In this document: piece by piece, positions 39,110-48,335 of the stretch
Layout: every line of letters starts with the position of its first letter
Numbering within the stretch: the stretch's first letter is position 1
NCBI RefSeq assembly: GCF_006345805.1
Contig: NC_043009.1
Location: forward strand, 62,744,001-62,808,000
DNA: 64,000 nt
Reading direction: 5' to 3'
DNA from: Octopus sinensis
Lineage: Eukaryota
Notes under the pieces: model-generated
The model's database searches: none
The model's input: the letters and a program-made list of their open reading frames with translations, nothing else
What the model was told of the DNA's origin: nothing
Position numbers and translations under genes: made by a program

Positions 39110-42100
39110 CGGGCTTCTGTCAGTTTCTGTCAACCAAATCCACTCACAAGGCTTTTGTCTGCCCTCCCTGAGGCTATAATAGAAGGCACTTGTCCAAGGT
39201 GTCATGCAGTGGGACTGAACTCGGAACCATGTGGCTGGGAAGCAAGCTTCTTACCATATGATCATGCCTAAATAAGTGGTTCTCTACCAGGGTCCACATG
39301 ACCCTTGGGGGTTCATATAAGATTTTGTTAAAATTATGTGCTATAAATTGCTTATACATCTATAATACATAAAATATTTTAATAGTTTTTGTTTATACAA
39401 TTCCTAATAATTAATTCATAAATAAGTATATAGGATTTCTGTTGTGTCTGGTGGGAGTCATTCTCTTTCACTGCCTTATAATTTAACACACTCACTGGTA
39501 AAATTTCCACTCATTTACTTATTTATTTTTCTAAAATTTTCATTGCGTCTTGCAACCTTTTTGACTATTGGAAAGGTTGCAAGATCCAATGAACATTTTT
39601 GAAAAATATATAAATGAGTGGAAATTTTTTCTGGTGAGTATGTTAAATTATAAGACACTGAAAGAGAATGATTCTACCCAGACACAGCAGGATATGTTTC
39701 AACACACGAACTCATATAAAGAATCTTGTAAACCAAATCCAAAAATGAAATATATAGGATTTTTTAAACGTTAAATGGCTAGTGGGGTCCAGTAGAGTAA
39801 AATAAATACGAAAGGGATCCTTAGACAAAAAATGGTTGGAACCAATGTTCTAAATGAATGACAGTTGAAGTAGAGATCAAACTATATTGTATGAAGTCGG
39901 TGTGGATTATTGAAGCTGTTGGATTAGCTGAGTATTATGGTGATTTATTAATTAGCCTGGATTAAAGCATTCGACTTGTTTTCTCTGCAGGATCGTATGT
40001 TAGCTGAACTGTTACAAGAACAGAAGAAATGGATTGTGGCGTACCATGAACATGATTCTCTTTTGGAGGATCAGGAGGAGGAGAAGTTGACGGAAGAAGA
40101 ACGAAAGACAGCCTGGGAAGAATTTGAAAATGAAAAGAAAGGCATTGTCCGAAGAAGTGAGTAACATTGTTAATAATCCCAATAGAAGCATCATCACAAG
40201 GCCTTGACATTTAGGGAGTGTTCGTTGCCAGCCTCGGCTGGCCCCGTGCCGGTGACACGTAAAAGCACCATCCGTTCGTGGCCGTTGTGCCAGCTCTGTC
40301 TGGCACCTGTGCAGGTGGCACGTAAAAAACACCCACTACACTCGCGGAGTGGTTGGCGTTAGGAAGGGCATCCAGCCATAGAAACACTGCCAAATCTGAC
40401 TGGGCCTGATGAAGCCTTCCGGCTTCACAGACCCCAGTTAAACCGTCCAACCCATGCTAGCATGGAAAACGGACGCTAAATGATGATGATGATTGTTGAT
40501 TATGTCTGTCTTACAATTTGACTGGTGACTGATTTTATTAACCCTGAAGGGATGAAAGGCAAGCTTGACCGTGGCAGGGTTTGAACTCAGAACATAAAGA
40601 GCCGAAAGGAATGCTGCTAAGCATTTTAAATTGTTATTTTCCCTGTCCAACAACTAGCGTGATGTTGTATAAAGAGTGCATTCATTTACGCATGATCAAC
40701 TCAAAAAAAGTTAACTGTTTTCAGATATTTCTAAGCGGAATGCATTTCCAAGAACTTTCTAAAATAATTGTGTTTAAACTTCTTTAATGTCGACTGTAAT
40801 AGTATGAATAACATATTAGACAATATATATAATAATATATTAAGACAATGACATGAGATAATGCAGGACCTCATTGTATTTTGGAAGTTGCATAAAATGT
40901 CTTTGATCTTAGGTCAGTGAGGATTTGTTTTGAGACTAAATAGTAAGGAAAATACAGTTAACAAGAACAACATGACCTCCACCAAAACCAACACAACCAG
41001 CAAATCGCAATTCACCTATTGTAGTTTATTACTTAAACTTACGTCGATTCCTCTGTGATGTTGCTTTGCATTTATAATAAAATAACAATAAAAAAAAATA
41101 TATGTATATACAGTACTGTTTCTACTTTGAGGGTTTTCGCCTATCGCAGGGGTCTTTGGAATGTAACAGTTGTGATAATCGAGGGATTACTGTATATTTA
41201 TAGTGTGACTTTTGTGTCTGCTATAACCCATAACTCGCAATAGTGGGATAAATATTCTTTGCTACTCGAGGCACAAGACCTGAAATTTTGGGGAAGGAGT
41301 CAGTTAATTACATCGACACCAGTATGCAACTGGTACTTATTGACCCTGAAAGGATGAAAGGCAAAGCCAACCTTGGTGGAATTTGAACTTAGAATGTAGA
41401 GACAGAGGAAATACCTATTTCTTTACTACCCACAAGGGGCTAAACACAGAGGGGACAAACAAGGACAGACAAACGGATTAAGTCAGTTATATCGACTCCA
41501 GTGCGTAACTGGTCCTTAATTTATCGGCCCCAGTGTGTAACTAGTCCTTAATTTATTGACCCCCAAAAGGATGAAAGGCAAAGTCGACCTCGGCGGAATT
41601 TGAACTCAGAACGTAGCGGCAGACGAAATACTGCTAAGCATTTCGCCTGGTATGCTAACGTTTCTGCCAGCTCGCCACCTTAGTAATGGGATAAATACTG
41701 TATCAGCCTTCCACCACAAATTGCCAAATACTTCTGATTGGTTCCCCTGCTGACAATCATTCTAGAATTCCCTCCTTTTATTATGATCAACTGATCGTTT
41801 CACAAAAACTCTTCATCTTTTCTCTCTTTTTAAAAATTTTTCTTTTCTAATTCGTGATTCAGATCCAATGCAAATGCAGTATGTGCAAGGTATGAACTAC
41901 GCAGTAAACCAGCCTTATATGAACCAACAGTTTAACATGATGCAGAATATGCAAAATATGTACATGATGCAACAACAGATGCAGAACCAGCCTGTTATCA
42001 GTCTACGTTCACCAGATATACACAATATTGCACAAAGAGTTAAAGCATTAGTAAGCCCCTCTTCTTTTTTTGTTTTTTTTACACTTGTTTATTCATTTTA

Positions 42101-44208
42101 ACTTCATTTTTGACCTGGCCCTGTTCCTGGCACAGTGTGCCAGATGCTGTGCAGGCTATATATGGCACAGGGGTATCATGTACTATATGGTGTTCAAAAA
42201 GTCTCTCTGCTGTAGGTATTTCATTGCAAAGATGGTATAAGATTACAAAAGAATATATTAGATTTTACAAGACTTTAAAAACTTTATAAGAGGTGTTGAA
42301 TGTCTCGTCCTTCATCTTCAACCTTTTTACTGCCGTGTGAGCACTTCCTAGGCTGATTTTTGAAGGATGAAAAAATTCACTGCAGAGAGACTTTTTGAAC
42401 ACCTTGTATTATACGGCATTGTGCCAGGTGCAGTACAACACTTACATTTATCACAGTGAGGTTTTGTATCATGATTATACGGGTATTTAAAAAGTTTTCA
42501 TTCAATAAATAATGAATTACCTATACATTAATAGAATACACTGTCGGTTTTCCAAATAGCGAATGAAAACTTAAAAGAGAAAGTGAGAGACTTTGCAAAT
42601 GAGAATGGAATACTCCGCAGTGAATGCAATAAATGTTTAAATTTGTGATGAATTGGATGCAGTGAATACGATGAATATTTAAATTTGAGAGAAATTGGAG
42701 TTTGAAAAATTCAAGAAACTTGAGAAATCGATATTATAGGAAATTTCTTAGAATTTGAATTAATAAAAATATTTGCAGCCAGTGCTGCCTGACTGGCTCC
42801 TGCGCTGATGGCACGTAAAAAGCACCCAAAAACTCTCGGAGTGGTTATCCTTAGGAAGGGCATCCAGCTGTAGAAACACTGCCAGATCAGATTGGAGCCT
42901 GGTGCAACCTTCTGGCTTGCTGGCTCTCAGTCAAACCATCCAACCCATGCCAGCATGGCAAGCAGATGTTAAACAATGTTGACGATGATGATGACTTCTC
43001 ATTTGGAAGTTATAGAGTGGAGGCACATGGCCTAGTAGCCTGAGTGTTGCATTTACAATAAAAAATCATGGTTTCAATTCCTAAGCAGTTGATGCCTTAT
43101 GTTCAATCCACTTAGCTGCAAATAAGTAACCCAGTGGCAGACTGGTGGCATTCTGTTCAAGGGCATTGTGACCAGTGGTGTATAACAACATTTGATAGTC
43201 TGATTGCTTCTCTGATGTATATATATATGTTCATTTGACCTGTTAGTCAGTTGATAAAAATTGGTTCATAAATGCAGCCAAATGTATATTTGAAACAGCT
43301 GTAAGCTATAATAAATAAATAAATAATGTATATAACCCATTATTTCTGTCTATTCTATATATATATTTAAGTGTGTGTGTGTATGCAGGAGTAGCTGTGT
43401 GGTATGTAGCTTGCTTACCAAGCCCGTTTCCAGGTTCAGTTCCACTGTTTGGCACTTTTGGCAAGTGTCTTGCACTATAACTTCGGGCCAACCAAAACCT
43501 TGTGAGTGGATTTGGTAGACGGAAACCAAAAGGAGCCTGTCATATATATATACACACACACTCATGTGTGTGTATGTGTATGTTCGTGTGTTTGTCTCCC
43601 TGAATAAAAACTTGTGGTTGTGTTTGAAATGATCCTCTACAGCTTGATTGTAAATGTCACAATGTTAAACTGTTTTTTGAAGAATGCAGTCAAGTGGGAG
43701 TTATTACATTACTTCAATGTTTCTCTTTTCCTCAGTATCCAAATCTCACCCATGATCAGTTCCAAATGAAAGTTCATGAAGTCATGCGAGCCCAAATAAA
43801 TCAACAAATAGACATGCAGCAAAGACAGGTAAGGGGCAAAGCACGATTCCCTCCAAGATAATCAATGCATTTGTGTCGATGAATACCTGCTGTAATTACT
43901 GTCAGTGTTGTATGTTATCGGTTGTTGTAACTAATATCTTGTTGTTTTCTGGTGAATTGCAGGTCCAGGAACAGTTGAAGAGAGAAATGGCCAGAAACAG
44001 ACAGATGAAGGCTCAAATAGCCCGTCAGTTTGATCAATTTCAATCTCCACAAAGAATGATTTCACCTATGGTTCATGGTGCCAATATGATGCCAACACAG
44101 GGAGGGTCAATGGCTGGAGAAGCTGGAGTCCAGAATTCTGCTTCGGCAACTGCCAACCATCAACTGATGAATATGCTTCAGCAGGGTAGCGTCCCTGGGT
44201 CTCAATAA
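1345..44208 (+). CDS. ATRX: ATRX chromatin remodeler (ADD + SNF2 ATPase), 5'-incomplete, 30 coding exons
   Basis: join(1345-1379,3120-3316,3506-3589,5238-5353,7066-7249,8070-10517,12519-12818,13345-13436,16205-16322,16442-16598,18690-18966,20752-20904,21089-21233,21357-21466,21572-21709,23828-24005,24748-24885,27046-27221,27897-28139,29658-29842,31621-31688,32821-32983,34305-34446,35071-35210,38042-38219,38337-38522,39991-40156,41863-42050,43736-43828,43963-44208). All introns GT-AG, phases compatible, 7044 nt ending in TAA. Motifs: [89 protein letters not shown]. No start codon in the window. Confidence 0.96.
2364..2692 (-). mobile_element. Family A: 5'-truncated RTE LINE 3'UTR/tail copy
   Basis: (ATG)n tail, CCAACCCATGCTAGCATGGAAA and GGAAGGGCATCCAGCTGTAGAAA blocks, about 65-nt subrepeats; more than 12 related copies in the window. 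Confidence 0.85.
3120..3316 (+). CDS. ATRX: ATRX exon, N-terminal acidic region
   Basis: TTTCCAG acceptor, GAAG|GTAAAC donor; open, encodes NCSSLDKK...RSHSPE. Confidence 0.8.
3506..3589 (+). CDS. ATRX: ATRX exon ([10 protein letters not shown]...LKSS)
   Basis: TTGAAG acceptor, T|GTAAGT donor; phase 1 to phase 1. Confidence 0.75.
3720..3925 (-). mobile_element. Family H tRNA-headed SINE (CORE-like body)
   Basis: A box TGGCCTAGTGG, B box GGTTCGATTCCC, body CAGTCCACTCAGCTG. Related copies near 5950-6110, 16685-16860, 43020-43200, 53270-53480. Confidence 0.65.
5074..5204. repeat. 26-bp minisatellite, about 5 copies
   Basis: Unit GTTGCATCTGTTGTATGGTATGCAGG starting at 5086, 5112, 5138, 5164, 5190. 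Confidence 0.95.
5238..5353 (+). CDS. ATRX: ATRX exon, ADD GATA-like finger
   Basis: [30 protein letters not shown]; TTTTAG acceptor, AAG|GTATGT donor. Confidence 0.93.
6463..6746 (-). mobile_element. Family A RTE tail copy
   Basis: Same blocks as 2364-2692. Confidence 0.85.
7066..7249 (+). CDS. ATRX: ATRX exon, ADD PHD finger
   Basis: KCYKYY...[37 protein letters not shown]; AACAG acceptor, G|GTAAGA donor. Confidence 0.96.
7565..7630. repeat. (TA)n microsatellite within a degenerate SINE
   Basis: Direct reading. Other (TA)n/(CA)n tracts near 19330-19378, 26770-26815, 36255-36335, 39065-39107. Confidence 0.9.
7794..8014. mobile_element. Family D piggyBac-type MITE
   Basis: TTAA-CC(C)TTT(C)AGCATT...AATGCTAAAGGG ends; about 220 bp. 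Confidence 0.75.
8070..10517 (+). CDS. ATRX: ATRX giant exon: end of ADD, K/E/D/S-rich region, DAXX-binding-like motif
   Basis: Inside the 826-aa ORF; starts WKCYVC; TTGCAG acceptor, AAG|GTTAGT donor. Confidence 0.95.
10731..11067 (+). mobile_element. Family A RTE tail copy
   Basis: Ends GGAAAACGGACGTTAAACGATGATGATGATG. Confidence 0.85.
11675..12155 (-). mobile_element. Family C tRNA-headed SINE, tandem dimer
   Basis: Head GGCGGCGAGCTGGCAGAA..GTTAGC, B box AAGTTCAAATTC; core GGTCAACTCTGC(C/A)TTTCATCCTT resembles the Deu/Nin SINE domain (from memory). Two units, about 245 and 254 bp. Confidence 0.85.
12519..12818 (+). CDS. ATRX: ATRX exon, basic/acidic low complexity
   Basis: CTCTAG acceptor, AAAG|GTTTGT donor; phase 1/1; [12 protein letters not shown]. 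Confidence 0.85.
12895..13297 (+). mobile_element. Family B tRNA-headed SINE, full length
   Basis: GGCGCAGGAGTGGCTGTG head, GGTTCAGTCCC B-box-like, internal (TA)(TG) tract, (AAGAGT)n tail. Confidence 0.9.
13345..13436 (+). CDS. ATRX: ATRX exon
   Basis: (T)nACAG acceptor, GAA|GTTAGT donor; open frame. Confidence 0.8.
15170..15600 (-). mobile_element. Degenerate mariner transposase fragment
   Basis: Minus strand reads [43 protein letters not shown], matching mariner HDNARPH...HPPYSPDLAPSDYHLF; contains stops. Confidence 0.8.
16205..16322 (+). CDS. ATRX: ATRX exon, acidic
   Basis: CTGCAG acceptor, TCAG|GTATCT donor. Confidence 0.82.
16442..16598 (+). CDS. ATRX: ATRX exon ([11 protein letters not shown])
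   Basis: CACCAG acceptor, AA|GTAAGT donor; motif resembles vertebrate RLLRHKL (from memory). Confidence 0.85.
17249..17638 (-). mobile_element. Family B SINE, full length
   Basis: Reverse complement of 12895-13297 at high identity. Confidence 0.9.
18063..18562 (-). mobile_element. RTE LINE 3' end: ORF2 C-terminus + 3'UTR + (ATG)n tail
   Basis: 18561-18439 encodes [40 protein letters not shown], continuous with family A sequence. Confidence 0.82.
18690..18966 (+). CDS. ATRX: ATRX exon, poly-D/E/K
   Basis: ATTAG acceptor, GAT|GTAAGT donor; ends [17 protein letters not shown]. Confidence 0.85.
19379..19589. mobile_element. Tc1/mariner-type MITE
   Basis: TIR core GCCCAAAAGTAGGTTT / AAACCTACTTTTGGGC; TA flanks. 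Confidence 0.75.
19763..20155 (+). mobile_element. Family B SINE
   Basis: Same head, body and tail as 12895-13297. Confidence 0.88.
20752..20904 (+). CDS. ATRX: ATRX exon ([13 protein letters not shown]...EEERRKR)
   Basis: Conserved pre-ATPase helix; TTGCAG acceptor, AAA|GTAAGC donor. Confidence 0.93.
21089..21233 (+). CDS. ATRX: ATRX exon (…KLKPHQVEG)
   Basis: SNF2 Q-motif; TTCAG acceptor, G|GTAAAA donor. Confidence 0.95.
21357..21466 (+). CDS. ATRX: ATRX exon, Walker A
   Basis: [15 protein letters not shown]. Confidence 0.97.
21572..21709 (+). CDS. ATRX: ATRX exon, motif Ia
   Basis: [12 protein letters not shown]; AAG-type acceptor. Confidence 0.94.
21772..22172. mobile_element. Two nested family D piggyBac-type MITEs
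   Basis: Inner copy 21951-22156 with TTAA on both sides; outer, older copy starts near 21772. Confidence 0.8.
22934..23324 (-). mobile_element. Non-autonomous Helitron, 391 bp
   Basis: Minus strand A|TCTTTATATATAAAAG...CCCGAGCAACGCCGGG hairpin...CTAG|T; no TSD. Confidence 0.85.
23828..24005 (+). CDS. ATRX: ATRX exon, ATPase
   Basis: [18 protein letters not shown]...LVNPG. Confidence 0.95.
24748..24885 (+). CDS. ATRX: ATRX exon, Walker B and motif III
   Basis: [14 protein letters not shown]...[12 protein letters not shown]. Confidence 0.97.
27046..27221 (+). CDS. ATRX: ATRX exon, ATPase
   Basis: [36 protein letters not shown]. Confidence 0.97.
27897..28139 (+). CDS. ATRX: ATRX exon, ATPase
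   Basis: [24 protein letters not shown]...IWSHPWVL. Confidence 0.96.
29658..29842 (+). CDS. ATRX: ATRX exon, ATPase insertion
   Basis: DEMDSFIDD; TTTCAG acceptor, GG|GTGAGG donor. Confidence 0.9.
30340..30660 (-). mobile_element. Family A RTE tail copy
   Basis: Same blocks and subrepeats as other family A copies. Confidence 0.82.
31283..31492. mobile_element. Family D piggyBac-type MITE, opposite orientation
   Basis: TTAA-CCCTTTAGCATTTAAACC...CTAAAGGA-TTAA. Degenerate copies also near 28417-28610 and 29162-29335. Confidence 0.75.
31621..31688 (+). CDS. ATRX: ATRX exon ([13 protein letters not shown])
   Basis: TTTCAG acceptor, G|GTGAGT donor; phase 2 to phase 1. Confidence 0.87.
32821..32983 (+). 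CDS. ATRX: ATRX exon, helicase C lobe start
   Basis: EWW...SGKL...[12 protein letters not shown]. Confidence 0.95.
34305..34446 (+). CDS. ATRX: ATRX exon, motif IV
   Basis: [17 protein letters not shown]. Confidence 0.95.
35071..35210 (+). CDS. ATRX: ATRX exon
   Basis: [27 protein letters not shown]. Confidence 0.96.
36281..36577 (+). mobile_element. Family A RTE tail copy with (TA)n interruption
   Basis: GGAAGGGCATC block and tail present. Confidence 0.8.
37621..37840. mobile_element. Second piggyBac-type MITE family, 220 bp
   Basis: TTAA|CCCTTTCGTTACC...GGTAACAAAAGGG|TTAA; 12/13 TIR match; internal sequence unlike family D. Confidence 0.82.
38042..38219 (+). CDS. ATRX: ATRX exon, motifs V and VI
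   Basis: [58 protein letters not shown] (absent from the ORF track). Confidence 0.97.
38337..38522 (+). CDS. ATRX: ATRX exon
   Basis: [31 protein letters not shown]...PILPK. Confidence 0.96.
38573..38822 (+). mobile_element. Family G: TIR-bounded element with tRNA-like head and minimal hammerhead-like motif
   Basis: 24-nt inverted ends (19/24 match); A box TGGCGTAGTGG, B box GAGTTCGATTCC; CAC-CTGATGA-AGGCTG..CAGCT-GAAACG at 38731-38767. Confidence 0.65.
38860..39262 (-). mobile_element. Family B SINE, diverged
   Basis: Reverse-complement family B blocks. Confidence 0.8.
39991..40156 (+). CDS. ATRX: ATRX exon
   Basis: DRMLAELL...[31 protein letters not shown]. Confidence 0.96.
40215..40493 (+). 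mobile_element. Family A RTE tail copy
   Basis: Same blocks; (ATG)n tail. Confidence 0.85.
41270..41682 (-). mobile_element. Family C SINE: one near-full copy plus adjacent partial copy
   Basis: AAGGATGAAAGGCAAAG core present twice. Confidence 0.8.
41863..42050 (+). CDS. ATRX: ATRX exon, Q/M/N-rich
   Basis: TTCAG acceptor, TTA|GTAAGC donor; phase 1 to phase 0. Confidence 0.87.
42186..42406. mobile_element. Tc1/mariner-type MITE, about 220 bp
   Basis: TIR GGTGTTCAAAAAGTCTCTCTGC / GCAGAGAGACTTTTTGAACACC; TA flanks. Confidence 0.8.
42780..42995 (+). mobile_element. Family A RTE tail copy
   Basis: GGAAGGGCATCCAGCTGTAGAAAC block and degenerate tail. Confidence 0.8.
43384..43600 (+). mobile_element. 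Family B SINE, 5' half
   Basis: Head and body present, tail absent. Confidence 0.75.
43736..43828 (+). CDS. ATRX: ATRX exon
   Basis: [31 protein letters not shown]; CTCAG acceptor, CAG|GTAAGG donor. Confidence 0.83.
43963..44208 (+). CDS. ATRX: ATRX last coding exon
   Basis: TTGCAG acceptor; Q/M-rich; TAA at 44206-44208. Confidence 0.85.
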   Translation, partial: VQEQLKREMARNRQMKAQIARQFDQFQSPQRMISPMVHGANMMPTQGGSMAGEAGVQNSASATANHQLMNMLQQGSVPGSQ

Positions 44209-46400
44209 ACAAGATTTAGGTGGGGATTAGAGAATCAGCTCTTGCTTTCTTCCCCCCGCAAGTTGAAGCAAATATCTTCAGTTTGTCGCAATCCTCCATT
44301 AATTGGTGGCATTGATGATTCCATCATTTCACATATAGTTTTTAACCATGTTTTCTTCAATGTCAAAAAAAGCCAATCTTGCTCCACATTGCTTTGCATT
44401 TGTCTTATGTACGTGTGACATCCGCAAATGCTTAGCGTGTGGCAGGTTGGAACACTGACCAAATTTAATATCAATGGAAGTTCACTGAAAGGTGTACCAA
44501 AAAGAAAAAAAAAACCTCAGTATAAACTCACCTACTTCCATGGCGTTTCTGCTCTACTCTTTGTTACCCCATGATAGAGTAGCGCTGATTTAGGAGTACC
44601 GTAACCAAAACACTGATAACAAGGAGAGAATATCCTACTTTTGCTTCTTCCATCTCATAACGCTTTTACGTTAGTTTATTTTTTTATAGTTGACTTTTTC
44701 TCCCCCACCCCAACTTACATTAAATTTATTTTTTAAAACACCATTTTCACTGTTTTATATGAGATTACATAACAGTTGTAGTTTCTAAGTCAGTTTGTCC
44801 CCTTTTAACTATCCTCCTCACAAATCATCTTTTTGCGAGTTTCTTCTTCCTTGTTTTCACATTTTGGTCATCTTGTGACGGGTTTAGTGGAGGTCGGTTA
44901 ACCCGTCTCTGCTTACCCCATCACTTCTCAGATACTCTTTGGCTTTGAAGAAAGACATAAAAAAAAGAAGGTAAAAAAATAAAGGTACATTCTTGTGTTA
45001 TTTGCTCCTCCCCAGCGAGGAGAAAGATTGAATTGTTTGGCCATGAATCTCCTCCCTTTGCTTTGTGACGGTGTTTTACTTATGCTGGCGACATTCATGA
45101 ACATTAATTATCTTCTCGGTTTATGCTGGAAACATTCATGAACGTAAACATAATTATTTAAAAGAAAAAAAAAAAGGAAATTATAATGGACTTATTGGGG
45201 ATACACTCACCCTCATCACAAGGAAAGTAATAATTAATTATATTGCAGCATCAAGGATTTATTCATTAAATTACTAAACTCTTCATCAAGAGACCATCGT
45301 GAATTTCCCTTGTATAAAATAATCCCGCTGTGACATTTTGAAGGACCACTCAGCTTGTAATGCCACTTTTTAAACAAACTGACTGAGATTAGCTAACAAT
45401 CACAACATCATGCCTAAACCAGCATATGTTGAACATTTTTTTCAATTAGTTTTGTGTGTACAAATCTTCCTTAATCTGATGAAGAGGACATTAAAAAAAA
45501 ACAGAAAAGACAGTGGAACACTTCTTTGTCAATATTTGTTCACCATTTCCCCCCTTGAATTTAATGAAAAACCAATTTTCATCATCAAAGGGTTTGTCTT
45601 TTATTTCCTTTCATTGCCTGATTCCTCGAATTGGAAGTTTGTAATATGTACTGAGTGACTGACTTAGTATTAATTAGACACACTCACACTAAATTGCCAC
45701 ACAGGGCTTCTTTTACACAATACTGTTTGCTTTTCAAGCCATCTTCTCTTTTAACCTAGAGATTATTTTTCTTAAAAACATTTCTGGTTATATTTTAAAT
45801 GTCTCGCCATCCTCTTCTCTCCAGGACAAGTCTTAACACACTACAGACTTTTCCCACCTGGAGTATCTCATCACCCCTACCACACCCCCCACATAAGTAA
45901 TATCCATGTATTTTTTAACTTTGTTTATAGTCTCAATACTTAAATGGTCCATTATTTATGAACATTTTGGAGATTCTAGTTTTGTCAAAGCAGTCAAACT
46001 TGCTAATATTTCACTTTGAGCTGACCCAATTGTTTTCACTCCATTGTAGATATTTCTACTGCTGGGCCTCATTCGTTACAGCAGTAGTGTTTACAGTTGG
46101 GTTAGCTTTGTACTGCTTCTGTATACTGTGCAGGTTGTTGGGTGTGAGCCTTTGGTTGGGCCCAATCCAGCACAAAGATGGCAGTTCCCATAGAGCCAGC
46201 CAGCCAGCCAACCAGGCAGAAACATAGAATCTATTTGGAAGCTGTTTGGAGAAATGAAAGCGAGAGAAAATACAGAATAAAATATTAGTTTTTTTTTTTT
46301 TTAAATCTAGCTTTTGACTAAAGAAAACTTGTTCTTTAATTTCTGTTGTCATTTTGTATAACATTGGTAATAAAAAAAAAAGTTTGTCCTGATCCTGAAT
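44209..46400 (+). other. Probable ATRX 3'UTR
   Basis: About 2.2 kb with no recognisable SINE copies; AATAAA at 46276-46281 and 46369-46374. End point inferred. Confidence 0.55.
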
Positions 46401-46904
46401 TGTTAGTGGAATTGTATCAAGAAAACCTAATTCTGATGGCGACTGGGATATTTTAATACAGTGCACAGTCATTAAATACATAACAAATCTGTTATATGCA
46501 TATATATATATATGTGTGTGTGTATATATTTTTATATACATACATATGTATGTATAATATTTAAATTTAGATTTGGCTGGTCAGTTTAAGGTGATGGCAA
46601 AAGAAGAGCATGACAGCTTTCCACCAAAATCTCATCTCATCTTAGATGCCAACTAGATTTATGACGACAGTGCTGATTCCGCTTGAGTCCTCGGCCACCT
46701 CCTGACTCAGTGGGAAGATACTTCTGTTTAGTGAACAGCTGGAATATCCGTCTAGTGGAACCAACAGACGAGGACCTGTTTACTTTATATCATTGTTTTT
46801 CTTCTGCTTTTCCTTTGTTGAGATGGGTTGGATGAGTCTATATGTTCTGTATCATTTGCATGCAACAACAGGTGGGGGGTGGGGACCCAACCAGCTTTGT
46901 TTTT

Positions 46905-47118
46905 GCTGCCAGAATCGTTAGCACGCTGGGCGAAATGCTTTGTGGTATTTCATCTGCCGCTACATTCTGAGTTCAAATTCCGCCGAGGTCGGCTTTGCCT
47001 TTCATCCTTTCGGGGTCAATTAAATAAGTACCAGTTACACACTGAGGTCAATGTAATCGACTTAATCTGTTTGTCTGTCCCCTCTGTGTTTAGACCCTTG
47101 TGGGTAATAAAGAAATAG
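46905..47118 (+). mobile_element. Family C SINE
   Basis: GTTAGCACGCTGGGCGAAATGC...GAGTTCAAATTCC...TTTCATCCTTTCGGGGTC. More copies at about 49910-50125 and 50135-50320. Confidence 0.82.
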
Positions 47119-47274
47119 GTATTGCTGCCAGCACATGAGCGGTTATCCGACTATGCAACGAAGCTCAATCCATTTCTTTCTAACCTGTTCCTAGCTCTGT
47201 GATAGAAAATTTCCCTTTTTAAAGCTTTCTGTTAAAATTTCGTGTCAGTTTACATGCCAACAACCAGCTTAAAA

Positions 47275-47487
47275 CCCTTTAGCATTTGGATTATTCTATC
47301 AATTGAAATTATTCACATTGTCTTGAATTAATTGTAGATTATCTTGTAGCTTTGAGATTTCGATAATGTGATCGTCTATTTTTAGCATGACATTATTGGG
47401 TAGGTATGATGGGCCAGATCCAGCCTGATTAAACATAAAACAGGTAGAATATTTGGGCTGGTTATGGCCTGTTTAAATGCCAAAGGG
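47275..47487. mobile_element. Family D piggyBac-type MITE
   Basis: CCCTTTAGCATT...AATGCCAAAGGG|TTAA. Confidence 0.8.
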
Positions 47488-48164
47488 TTAATGATAATTA
47501 TTTTTCTAAAGAAAAGGGTTACAGGCTTGTGTGCTCTGTATCAGTTCTTATTTGGAGCAATTGTTCTTGGTGTGTTTTCTGTGATGTGACTTGTGGAGTC
47601 TTCAATTTGCTCAAGTTATTAATTGAATGTCGTCTTCTAGCTTTGTATGTCTCCTCCGTTTATCCTGTCTTCTTGCCATTCCTTCCTTCCATACAACAAC
47701 ATATTACTTCTCACTGCTGGCAATTAAGCTGATTGCTCCCTAAGAAGCCTCATCACTCTGCACTGTCTCTCATTGTTCTATCCTCTGTGGTATAGTTTTT
47801 TTTCTTCGGCTGGATGCTGTACATCACACACATACACATGAATTGAAAGAAAATGAAGCAGTAAGACCTCTTCATCCATTGATCCAAACTGGTACAGTTT
47901 TCACCCTGAGGATGCTCTTCCTGTCACCAAACACTCTGGGGTTAGCCAGGTGCCTTATATTGTACTGCCAGTATTTAAAATCTAAATTTATTTTCATGGC
48001 AACTGCTCTCTTAGTTGGTTGTTTCCATTGTGGTGTTCATGTTTTCTCAGGGCTACAGACTAGATCAATGGTTCCCAACGTGGGGTCTGCGAACTGAATC
48101 CAAAATTTCATATATATATTTATACACACATAAGTATAAGCATATTGAAAGGGGTCCATGGGAA

Positions 48165-48335
48165 TCATCATCATCGTTTGACGTCCGTTTTCCATGCTAG
48201 CATGGGTTGGACGGTTCGACCGGGGTCTGGGAAGCCCGAAGGCTGCATCAGGCTCCGGTTTCTACAGCTGGATGCCCTTCCTAGCGCCAACCACTCCATG
48301 AGTGTAGTGGGTGCTTTTTACTTACCACTGGCACA
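48165..48335 (-). mobile_element. Family A RTE tail copy
   Basis: Same blocks; another copy at about 50540-50775. Confidence 0.8.

Noticed and set aside
46056-46541. 161-aa minus-strand ORF
   Set aside because: Starts in a (TA)/(CA) microsatellite, is antisense to the probable ATRX 3'UTR and has no recognisable motif.
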